Below, piece by piece: positions 53,701 to 63,800 of a stretch of 64,000 bases of DNA. Each line of letters begins with the position of its first letter. Positions within the stretch are counted from its first letter, which is position 1. The notes under the pieces were generated by a model, which worked only from the letters and a program-made list of their open reading frames with translations, was not told the DNA's origin and made no database searches. A program made the translations under genes and the position numbers. The stretch spans positions 3,104,001 through 3,168,000 of the forward strand of contig CAXXMD010000003.1 of assembly GCA_963675755.2 (NCBI GenBank), read 5' to 3'. This DNA is from a bacterium. Its GTDB lineage: Bacteria > Zhuqueibacterota > Zhuqueibacteria > Residuimicrobiales > Krinioviventaceae.

Positions 53701-54946
53701 AGTGAACAGCCTGTCTGTTAACTGGCTCAATTTTATTAAGGCCACCGGCGTCTGTACCTACCCACAATGTACCATCTTTTTGCTGATGAATGCTCCACAC
53801 AACATTGTCACTCAACGAGTTTGATGTCCAGGGAGAAAATGACATGCTATTAAAATAGTTTCTATTAGCATCTAACTTTACTACACCTGTTCCTGTGGTG
53901 CCTAACCATAAAATACCTGAATCGTCAAGAAAAAAACTGGAAATTCTGTTGTTTGGCAGAGACGTATATCTGTAATCATTAATAAAGTATTTTTCCGCCT
54001 GCATAGTCTCAGGATTAATTAAATATATATCTCCAGGTTCATTTATAACCCAAAGCATTCCTTGTTGAGATGCTGCAATTCCCACAATGCTGTTGTTCAA
54101 GGTTTTATGTTTTTCAACGGTTGGTAAATGAAACTGTTTCGCTTTGCCATTAATATTGTCAATTAAAATTAATCCTTCAGTGGTACCTACCCACAGGTTA
54201 TGTTTTGAATCAAGAAAATAGGATTTTATATTGAATTGTTCCAGAGAAGCATTTTCTCCAACCATGATATTGGCTTGTTGAAATTGTTGAAGCTGAGAAT
54301 TATAAATGTATATTCCATGGTTTTCAACACTTGTCCATATTTCACCCGTTTCCTCTATCAGGATACTCTCTATGGTTATATTCTTTTCTGGAATTTCCAT
54401 AAAGCTTATGGATTCATAACGTTTTTCCGTAGGGTTAAATCGATAAATTCCTTTATTGTTGGTTCCAATAATTAAATCTCCATCGGGTGTTTCTTTAATA
54501 CAAGTGATTTTGAATCCCTGGTTGGGTTTCATTGAAGAGTCGGGAGGGGGCAGATAATGCTCAAACGCATCCATTTTAGGGAAATAACGGTTTAAGCCAT
54601 TTTCTGTACCAATCCACAATGTTCCGTCCTGGCTTTTAAGTAATATATTGATGGCTTGGTGACTCAACGAGTTTTTCGGATCTTTTTTGTCAGGGCGATA
54701 TATTTTAAAATTATAACCATCATACCGGTTTAATCCATCTCGTGTAGCAAACCAAATGAATCCAAAATCATCCTGAACTATACTGTAAATATCACTTTGT
54801 GATAATCCATCATTAATGGAAAGAATTTGTATAGATGAGGCTGTTACATTAATAACATTTATTGATAGTAATATCAATAAAGTGACGAACAATTTATGCA
54901 GTTTTTGAGTGGTAAAATAAACAGATTTTAGAAAATTTGTCCACAT
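50768..54946 (-). CDS. Hybrid sensor kinase: Reg_prop propellers, Y_Y_Y, TM, PAS, HisKA, HATPase, REC
   Basis: Repeated LW.GT..GL motifs; ATYTNL.PG.Y; GIAHDFNNIL; FEPFFTTK..GEGTGLGL; TD..MP receiver. Confidence 0.93.
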   Translation of the reverse strand: MWTNFLKSVYFTTQKLHKLFVTLLILLSINVINVTASSIQILSINDGLSQSDIYSIVQDDFGFIWFATRDGLNRYDGYNFKIYRPDKKDPKNSLSHQAINILLKSQDGTLWIGTENGLNRYFPKMDAFEHYLPPPDSSMKPNQGFKITCIKETPDGDLIIGTNNKGIYRFNPTEKRYESISFMEIPEKNITIESILIEETGEIWTSVENHGIYIYNSQLQQFQQANIMVGENASLEQFNIKSYFLDSKHNLWVGTTEGLILIDNINGKAKQFHLPTVEKHKTLNNSIVGIAASQQGMLWVINEPGDIYLINPETMQAEKYFINDYRYTSLPNNRISSFFLDDSGILWLGTTGTGVVKLDANRNYFNSMSFSPWTSNSLSDNVVWSIHQQKDGTLWVGTDAGGLNKIEPVNRQAVHYQYDPEKPGSISDNQVMKVFEDKQGQIWLGTGAGGLNKYNPRNETFTTFRHKDSNPNSISHDRVYSIYEDSNLNFWVGTEKGLNKFNRKSQKFTHFYHNPQDPNSLVYDRVGTIIESDSGELWIGTLGGGISRYNYKNDTFRNYKHNPNDKNSLQNEYILSLFKDNSNNIWICTWGGGLLKYNPDKDSFITVLENNQTGTEAIHGIEQDELNNLWIGTNKGLIKLNPITYDMVHYTHTEGLINDEFNTGAHFKSDNGDLYYGSIGGLIWFSPSKIKKNDFIPPVVFTDFQILNESIDHKEIRYNKKVLDHTITSADTIQLSHHDKIISFEFAALNYFASDKNQYAYKMEGVDEDWIYSGNRRFATYTNLNPGHYTFHVKASNNDGIWNDKGTSILVIMYPPFWMTLWFRILFSTFVVSIIMGMYILQTRSIKKRNAELMSFNNNLESEIKERKRIEHELREQKIFLDNVLNGVQEGIGIVDEHENFIYLNNAYAELLGYPVEELLTKSLLDIFPPSTHKTIVDETKKKKKGLNTTYELNYLHPLGEKRYFRISSSPMYNDEGEFSGSIGAVLDITDLVVAEEKRKIMEAQLRHAQKMETIGTLAGGIAHDFNNILVPIIGYAEMSIDLVTSNDILKSNLEKILKASKRAKDLVQQILTFSRQEQKGLESVNIKNLVNEALRLLRSSLPSTIEIDVKIDKDTGSLLADPTQIHQVIMNLCTNAFHAMRENGGTLGIHLSNKIFDKDEAAKFSHLLANRPYVSLRVSDTGKGMDETIITRIFEPFFTTKKVGEGTGLGLSAVHGIVLSHGGDIKVNSTPQVGTTFEIYFPQHTEKAEKFNNKISDKIPKGNEHILFVDDEVEIVLLYQQILESLGYVVTTFTESEKALEMFQQNPDEFNLVITDHTMPHLTGTELSKKLLNIRPDIPIIMCTGYSESVTQEKAKQIGIREFILKPLTMSNIAKAIRDVLDSAFKAQIES

Positions 54947-55154
54947 ATTTGGATTTCTTGAGATTGGATTTCAAGTTTTGTTTTTTACAAACAGTTGTTT
55001 TTTATTTAAATATGTTTGCTGTTTGTGTGGTAAACATTTTATCAGTTTTTAATTAGCAATTATTATTCCATGAATTTGCAAGTTTAATGTTGTAATTGTA
55101 AAAATTGTTTGATACTTTTTTTCATAGTTGTGAATATTTACGAGTTGAGGCAAA

Positions 55155-55982
55155 GTGAAAAAAATTGGATTAGCTTTAGGAGGTGGCGGTGCTCGTGGGT
55201 TAGCACACATACCAATACTTGAAGCACTTGATGAAATGAATGTAAAGCCTGTTGTAATTTCAGGCACCAGTATAGGAGCAATACTGGGCAGTTTTTATGC
55301 TTCAGGGTACAGCGGCAGAGAGATCCGTGACTTGACATTAAAAATAGGACTCCGTGATATTAATAAAATGCTGGATCTCAATTTTTTTGGAGACGCGCTT
55401 TTCAAAGGCAAGGGGGTAGAAAACTTTTTTGCCAAATATTTAAAACCAACTACTTTTGAAGAATTAAAAATACCCATGTATATTGTTGCAACCGATTTTT
55501 GGAATCGCTCAGAAGTTGTGATGAACAAGGGACCCTTGGTACCTGCTATTCGGGCAAGTATGTCTGTACCGGGAGTGTTTGATCCGGTTTCTCATGATAA
55601 CAATATACTTGTAGATGGTGGTGCGGTAAATCCATTACCCTATGATATTATACGGGAAAAGTGTGATATATTAATCGCTGTTGATGTTTCCGGTAGCCCT
55701 TCTGAAAAGCATAGAAATAAACCCCCATCCATGATTGAAAGTATATTGGGTACATTTCAGATAATGCAGGATTCTATTTTAGAAAATAAACGCAGGATCT
55801 CTGATATTGATCTCTATGTTAAACCGAATATTGTAGATATTGGTATTTTAGAGTTTCATAAATACAAACATGTATTCCAAAGTGGTGATGATGAAATAGA
55901 CAATTTTAAAAATCGACTGCAAGATTTGTTAAAGGGAACTGTGCAAAGTTTTTTCGAACGACTGAGAAACAGTATAGATTAA
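55155..55982 (+). CDS. Patatin-like phospholipase (RssA-like)
   Basis: GGGGARG, GTSIG and DGG motifs. Confidence 0.92.
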   Translation: MKKIGLALGGGGARGLAHIPILEALDEMNVKPVVISGTSIGAILGSFYASGYSGREIRDLTLKIGLRDINKMLDLNFFGDALFKGKGVENFFAKYLKPTTFEELKIPMYIVATDFWNRSEVVMNKGPLVPAIRASMSVPGVFDPVSHDNNILVDGGAVNPLPYDIIREKCDILIAVDVSGSPSEKHRNKPPSMIESILGTFQIMQDSILENKRRISDIDLYVKPNIVDIGILEFHKYKHVFQSGDDEIDNFKNRLQDLLKGTVQSFFERLRNSID

Positions 55983-56013
55983 TAAAAAAATGCCGGCAGA
56001 AGCAAATTTTAGA

Positions 56014-56394
56014 TTAATATTGTTTATTAACAAGTTTAAAAGCATACCAAATTATTAGCGAAAAAATCAGGATTAATGATCCAAAGATAACAGCATGTAA
56101 TGTTGCACCATACCCACCGGCATTCATACGTAAACCCATTTCAGTAATGTCAGGCTTTTTTGCAATGGTTTCAGTAAGGTATTGTAATCCTATAAAGTGC
56201 CCTAAAATGCCTGTTACCAGGCTCATAACTCCCCAAAAGAGGATAGCGTCCACCCCCCGCAATGGGTGACCGGTATTGTGTTTCTTGTGTTGATATATCC
56301 CAATAATCTGTTTTACAGCAAGGCCAATTATGATCAATAGAAATACAGCAAGAAAATACATAAATCCGCCCCCGTCATTCAAATAATTTAACAT
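56014..56394 (-). CDS. Small 3-TM membrane protein (MotA/TolQ/ExbB-like small family)
   Basis: AGGAGG RBS; GG.FM, ILFWG...GILG..IG and AGG motifs. Confidence 0.7.
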   Translation of the reverse strand: MLNYLNDGGGFMYFLAVFLLIIIGLAVKQIIGIYQHKKHNTGHPLRGVDAILFWGVMSLVTGILGHFIGLQYLTETIAKKPDITEMGLRMNAGGYGATLHAVIFGSLILIFSLIIWYAFKLVNKQY

Positions 56395-56426
56395 ATTTAC
56401 CTCCTTATTAATGCACTGCCGGCATT

Positions 56427-57167
56427 TTATTGAAAGAATAATACATCAAATTCATATTGCCTGATTTTGTTTGTCTTTTGCAGTAAACTAAACCAGGCTG
56501 TACCACCAATCAATATACATGTTATACCATAAATCATTAGCGGTGTTGTCTTTTTAAATAATAATATCAGATTCTCAAACCATAGATTGGGATGTTCTGC
56601 TATTTTAAAAAGTGTATATTGCCATTCCAGATAATAAGCGCTTAATCCCGTCAGAAAGATAAGAATCGAGAAAAACAAAATTGAAACAAGACCTTGAGAC
56701 AAGTTTTTGAGCTGATGGTCTCGCTTTAAATATAATTGAAATCCTTTAAAAAGGATAAACACAATTAATGGTATAGTGAGGGTGAATTGGAGCCAGATTG
56801 CCGGACTGGTGGAGAAAAGGGTAGACATGTTGAATAGCTTGTAAACTGTAAAACATATAAAACATAATAAAAACGATATGATACTTTTTTCAAATATTGA
56901 CAGTTTATATTTTGAAAACCTTTGCGCCAGTCTTGAATAAAATCCCTGATGAAGTGATATCAACTCTTGTAATGCCTGATCAGATGGAAACCATTCATCT
57001 CGAATGGTTGTTATAGCATTTTCCTGAGCCACACCGCTTGAAATCAATTGATCATAATATGCTTCCATATCAGAAGCGATCTCTAGAATGATGCGGAATT
57101 TTTCCGGTTGCGGTAGTTTGATTTTGTCGTTCAATTCCAGGTAAAGAGGGGATAATGCTTTAATCAA
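56427..57167 (-). CDS. Membrane protein with N-terminal HAAS-like helical domain
   Basis: TTG start after AAGGAGG; I.EI..D.E..Y..L...G.....A pattern then 4 TM; follows PadR. Confidence 0.7.
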   Translation of the reverse strand: MIKALSPLYLELNDKIKLPQPEKFRIILEIASDMEAYYDQLISSGVAQENAITTIRDEWFPSDQALQELISLHQGFYSRLAQRFSKYKLSIFEKSIISFLLCFICFTVYKLFNMSTLFSTSPAIWLQFTLTIPLIVFILFKGFQLYLKRDHQLKNLSQGLVSILFFSILIFLTGLSAYYLEWQYTLFKIAEHPNLWFENLILLFKKTTPLMIYGITCILIGGTAWFSLLQKTNKIRQYEFDVLFFQ

Positions 57168-57509
57168 TTATACCTCCTTGAAAAATGATTGAAAAGAATT
57201 GATAAATTCTTTCCATCCTTTTAATTGTGTTTCAAAATGGATTTTACCTTTTGTTGTGATTGCGTAATATTTGCGTTTACGTTTGGGACCTTCCTGCTGC
57301 CAGGTACCTTTTATCAATCCCTCTTTTTCCATTTTATGTAAAATAGGATAGAGCGTTCCATGATTAAAATGAAAATATGCTTTACTTTTTTCTTCAATCT
57401 CTAACGCAAGTTGATAGCCATGCATTTTTTCGTTTAATAATGTTTGCAAGAGTAAAAGTTCATTACAGCTTTTAGTCAGGTTTTGTATTTCAAAAATTTT
57501 ATCCGGCAA
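57168..57509 (-). CDS. PadR-family transcriptional regulator
   Basis: MHGYQL, GTLYPILHKME.EG.I and RKYYAIT.KG motifs; likely TTG start at 57509. Confidence 0.92.
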   Translation of the reverse strand: MPDKIFEIQNLTKSCNELLLLQTLLNEKMHGYQLALEIEEKSKAYFHFNHGTLYPILHKMEKEGLIKGTWQQEGPKRKRKYYAITTKGKIHFETQLKGWKEFINSFQSFFKEV

Positions 57510-57552
57510 TATATAGATCCCTTTTATATAGATATTCGATATATATAGGTTC

Positions 57553-57581
57553 AATATATATAAAAGGGGGATATATGTCAA
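57553..57581 (-). promoter_or_regulatory. Putative sigma70 promoter of the PadR operon
   Basis: TTGACA-N17-TATATT on the minus strand; ATATATA repeats downstream may be an operator. Confidence 0.6.
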
Positions 57582-57878
57582 GAGATTTTTTTATGGCAAT
57601 GAGTACCCAGTTTTTAAAATTTGTCCCCTGCATACCACACATTAATCGTAAAAATTTATGGCCAAAGTAATTATTTTAACTTTTTTTATTTTTTATAATT
57701 TTGCGTTTTTTGTGATTAGTCTATTGTAATTTATAGAGTTAGTTTGTTTTTCTCATGCATGCTATTGTGACATTAAGTTCCGAAAATGGATTTTATTCAT
57801 TTTTGGCAAAAAGAGGTAAGGTATTTGCTTGATAGCCGGTAATGAATAGTATATGAGTACCATTATTACAGGCGTTTG

Positions 57879-60800
57879 ATGAAAGTATATATTTATATTT
57901 TTTTTATGTTCATTTCTGTCACTGGATTATTTGCAAGAACTGTCTCGTTGGACAGTTATAATACATCTGTTAGTACTTTTGAAATATTGGAATTTACATT
58001 AAATATTACTAATCCGGTTACAGGTAATCCTTTTACCGAAGCACATGTATCTGCAGAAATTCAAGCCCCCAATAAAACATTTTCTATTAACGGTTTTTGT
58101 GATGCTCAGGATGGTACAATCTTTCGCGTTAGATTTACACCTATGCGTACAGGTAATCATTCATTTACAATTACTTTTACTGATACCGCTGGCACTGAAA
58201 CTTTTTCTGGCAGTTTTGATGCGAGTGAAGGGGGCAACAATGGTTTTATCAAAGTTGATTCTCAAAACCCAACACGCTTTGCGTTCAGCAATGGCGGGCA
58301 TCCCTATATTATTTCAAAAACAGCATGGCTAATTGCGGGAATTCCTAAAACCAATTATCAACAGTTTATTGATAAAATGGTACCTCGCGGCGAAAACTGT
58401 TTACGTTTTGGACTAGAATTTGATTATTCTAACGATGATCCGTATGTGGATGTCTGGCCTTATGAGCAGCCACGTGAAGCACAGAATTTTACAGAATTTG
58501 ATATTGATTACTGGCGCAACCTTGATGAGCTTTTAACCTATGCTGCGGAAAGAAATATTTACGCGGAACCGGTGCTCTTTACTTTGATGAAATTTAGTGA
58601 CATGGCTGATTCAGATGTTATGTTTTATATTGACTATCTTGTTGCTCGTACTGCCAGTTATCCCTCTATTATCATGTATCAATTGGCAAATGAACGCATT
58701 AGCAGATATGATTTTCAAACCGTAATGGCTGATCGTATTCACAATAATGATCCTTATGGACACCTTGTGAGCACATCGCATGGTACAACTATGGACGCTG
58801 CTTGGCCGGATGCTCCCTGGATGGATGTTGCAATCAATCATGCCTGCTATGATGATGAACAATTGAGTGAACGTTATTACGCAATTGCGAATACAATTTC
58901 AGGTTATAATATGCCGGGTTGGTGCGATGAAACCGGACGTGAAGATCGTCATGGAAATGATGACGGAGTACATCGCCGCAAACAATATTGGACCTGGAAT
59001 ATGGGTGGTTCTTATTTTAACTACCATTCCTGGGAAGGCTGTGAAGGGATCATGGATATCTCTTATAACGGACCGGGAAGTCAGTACCTGAAATACATTC
59101 GCTCTTTCTGGACATCTACAGATTTTTGGAAAATGCGTCCCAATAACAATATTATTAAAAATAATCCTGATGTACAATATGAATGGGCCGTTGCCTCTGA
59201 CGATGAGGTGGTCGTGTATCTGGTGAATGAGGCAACGGGCCAATCTTCTTCGGAAGGAACCATTGATATAGATTTACCTGCCGGTCATACCTATGTGGCA
59301 GATTTTTACAATCCTTCCAATGGTGAAGGGTTCCCACAGTATCGAAAATCCAGACTGGCCGGAGGCACAATAGTATCAATTGCTTATCCTTCATTTACAA
59401 ATGACCTTGTTCTTCATTGTTTTGTCAGTGACGATACGCAAGCTCCCCAACAATCTTCTGTTTCAAGCTCTAATGTATCTCAGAATCAGGCAACAATTAG
59501 TTGGAGTACCAATGAAAATTCAGAAGCCAGAGTAGAATATGGATTAACAACAAATTATGGGCGTAAAACCTATTGGGATGTAGAGCTGAAAACATCTCAT
59601 TCATTTACATTGAATAATTTGATGCCGGGTACTGAATATCACTACCGTGTTATGTCTATGGATATGACAGGAAATTCTTCTGTCAGCTCTGACTACACTT
59701 TTACTACACCGGGTTCAAGCGCACAACCGGCAATTTCTTCTTTCTCTCCAACTACGGGAAATATGACAACCGAAGTTACAATTCAGGGTTCTCATTTAAT
59801 GGGATCATACGCTAATCCCATGCGTTTGATGCTGCTGGGACAGTCTGAGGTCAGGGGAGTAACCGGATCCACAGACAGCAGCGGATATCGAAATGATCTT
59901 GCGAATTTGTTGTTCAACAAAGGTATTGGTTTTCATTTTATCGGTTCACAGGCAGATGGAACCGCTTTTGATGCTTTGCATGAAGGGCATGATAATGATG
60001 GCGTTGAAACGCTGACCCAGAATGTAGGTGGTTATATATCGCAATGGTCACCGGATTATATGTTGATTTATGCAGGTGCCCAGGATCTTGATAACGGACA
60101 AACTCCGGATGCAGTGATTGCTGAGCTGGAAACGTTGTTGGATGCAATATATGCCAGTGATTCCAATATAATCATGTTGTTGGGGAATTTACTGCCCCAT
60201 ACAGATGCTACGAATTCAGATGTACAGCAATTGAATGGATTTATTGAAACGTTGATCACCGCCAAAAAAGCATCCAATTACCGGGTATTCATGGCTGATC
60301 AATATCAGGCCTTTACAGACAATGCAAATTGGGCTTCTGAATTGATGCATGATAAACGTCATCCCAATGATACCGGGTATGGAGTTATGGCCCTTGCATG
60401 GCAAAGTGCTTTGCAGGCTGCATGGACCGAGTTTGCCGATATTGAGATTTCTTTTGCAGGTACTGCTGTTACAGAATATTCAATTCAATCCGAACAAAAA
60501 GTGTTGGCCAGAGTACCGAACGGAGCTTCTAACGGTAAAATTAGTATTACAACACCTTATGGATCTGTTGAAAGCAGCGATAATTTTATTACTTCTCAGG
60601 TAGAAGGCAATTTCACCGCAAATGTAACTACCGGTTACGCTCCATTGATCGTACGGTTCTCCAATCTTACTGAGGGAGAGATGAGCAGTTTTGAGTGGAA
60701 TTTTGGAGATGGAAGCAAGAATTCTACTGAACAAAATCCCGGTCATGTTTTTACCAAAGCCGGTACTTATACAATTACGCTGACGGTATCTGACGGTATA

Positions 60801-63800
60801 GTGCAAGATACCGAAACCAAAACCGGGTACATCAAAGTGCAGGAACGTTCTAATGTTCCATTGACACCCAAATGGGTATATGAACCCTGGGTCTGGGAAG
60901 ATAATATAAATACCCAGGCTGGCCTTGAAGAACTTGTACAAGGTTATCTGGATCGTGATATTCCTGTTGGTGCAGTCAATATTGACAGCCCCTGGGAAAC
61001 GGAATTTAACACATTTCAATTCAATAGCGAAAGCTATCCCGATGCTCAGGGAATGATTGATGGTCTGCATGATAAGGGAATCAAAGTCATGGCGTGGATC
61101 ACTCCCTTGACCAATTTACATTCAAAAGACGATCCCAATATCGGTAAAGCATCAAATTATGATTACGCTCTTGAGAATGGCTATTTTATTAATGACGGAC
61201 AAACATTCGAGTGGTGGAAAGGCTGGGGAAGTTTTATTGATTATACCAATCCGGATGCTCTGGAATGGTGGCATAACCAAATGGACCAGGTACTTGATCT
61301 GGGAATTGATGGATGGAAGACCGATGCCGGTAACCGGGTTTTTCCGGAATCTACAAATGGATATAATGGTAGGATTACCCAAAAAGAATACAGTTATCTT
61401 TATTATAAAGATTTTTATGAATACAGTTTAAAATCACGTGGGCAACATGCAATTATTTTTGCCAAACCTTATGATGAGAATCCTGCTGATTCAACATTTG
61501 TTCCCAAGGCTTATACTCCCGCAGCATTTGTTGGAGATCAGACCCATTTCTGGGGAGACAGTGGTTTGTTGAATGCTCTCAATAATGTTTTTGAAACTGC
61601 CAAAAATGGATTTGTGGCGATTGGATCGGATATTGGCGGGTTTATGGGTGAAATGAATGTAACCAAAAGTTTACTTATCCGTTGGGCACAGTTTGGTGCC
61701 TTTTGCCCCATAATGGAAAATGGTGGCGGTGGAGAGCACCGTCCCTGGATGTTTGATCAGGAAACGGTTGATATATATCGCTATTATGCAAAATTGCACA
61801 GCCAGTTGGTACCCTATCTGTATTCTTATGGTGTACTGGCACATAATGGCGGCAAAGTTATTATCCGGCCTATGGATGGTGTTTGGCAATACATGTTGGG
61901 ACGTGATCTTTTTGTTTCTACTATTTTTCAGGATGTGACTTCACGAGAGGTTACTTTGCCGGAAGGTACAAGATGGGTTGATTACTGGAATGATGATGTA
62001 ACCTATGACAGTGGACAGACATTGAGCAACTATGATTGTCCGATCGACCAGTATCCGGTTTTTATACGGTCCGGTGGAATTGTACCCATGTATGTAAAAG
62101 ATGATGAAACCGGCCACGGCTCTTCTGCTTCTGCGGGTAAATTAACGGTGCTGGTTTACCCTGATGGTACATCCTCTTTAACCTTTTATGATGAAAATCA
62201 TACAACAGAATTTGAATGTGTTGAATCGTCCGATGTTGTAACTGTTAATGTTTCTTCTGCAGCAGATGATTATATTTTCAGGATCAAATACAAAACCACT
62301 CCTTCAATCGTTACCTTGAACAGTTCCGAAATGCAAGCGTATGCCGAATTCAGTCAGTTTGAAGCTGCTCAGACAGGTTGGTATTATAATGAAGAAAAGC
62401 ATTACGTTTGGATCAAAACAGGTGCAAAATCCGGTAACTTTAATATGTCCATTGCACCGCAAACAACGGCCGCGTTCAGTGCGGATCCGTTAACGGGTGA
62501 AACTCCATTGGATGTACAGTTTACGGATGAATCTGTTCATGCGGTATCATGGCAGTGGGATTTTGGTGACGGTTCTGAATTATCCACAGACCAGAATCCG
62601 GTGCATACTTATACGGATCCGGGGAGTTATGATGTAACCCTGACTGTTACAGGAGCGTCTGGTTCCGATTCCATTGAAAAATTAAATCTCATCCAGGTAG
62701 GTTCCAGTGCCCATGCTTTTACAGATATAACGAGCAGTGCGGGTGTTCATGTTTCATCTGTATCCGGCAGTCATGGCGCAGGTTTCGCAGACGCGAATAA
62801 GGATGGCCGATATGATATTTTTGTTGCAAATAGCGGTGAAGATTACAATTACGACTTTATGTATATGAACCAGGGAGGAGCAACCTTTCAGCAAAGTTCT
62901 TCTTCCCGTGGCGTTGATGATGAAGGACATACCTTTAAAATTGTAAATGCTGATTTTGACAACGATGGTGACCTGGATGTATTCTATGCAAATCAACCCA
63001 TTGGTAATAATTATGTTATTGGTGTGAACAAACTTTACCAGAATGACGGCAATGGGTATTATACAGATATATCTGATGATGCCGGTATACCCCAGGAATA
63101 TTCAAACAGTCAGGCTGCGTTGGCTGCGGATTTTAATGGGGATGGCTGGCTTGACCTTTATGTAGCCAATTGGGATGCTGAAAACGCCATGTATTTGAAT
63201 GATGGTACCGGAAAGATGATACGGGTGCATAATGGTTCAGATGGTGATGGCAGCGGTATATATAAGTCTGTATCCGTATCTGCGGCAGATGTGGATAATG
63301 ATAATGATGTTGACTTGTATGTCAGTCGTCATGAACAGCCCAACTGGTTATTCATTAACAATGGATCCGGTTATTTCTCTGAGCGGGCCGCCTCTGCGGG
63401 AGTAGATATGAATGCACGTTCAAAAGGAGTCAGCTTTGCGGATGTAGATAATGATGGAGATATGGACTTGTTCCTGGCAAAGTATTCATTGTCCAGCGGT
63501 GGATTGCCGCAGGTTGGTATCTTTTTTAATAGGGGGAACGGTACTTTTCATGATCGCAGCTCGGATTATAATATTCAAAGCAGCTTGTATTCCATACTCT
63601 TGATGGACGCTGACAATGATGCGGATGTGGACATGCTGGTGGTCAGGAATAATCAAAAAGAAGACAATGCCGTACCACAGATGTATTTAAATGACGGTTC
63701 CGGTCAATTTACATATCAATTGTTCCCAGGACTTGAAGTCCCTGCCAAAGACGCGCAAAGCGCTGCGTATGCTGACATTGACAACGATGGTGATGTGGAT

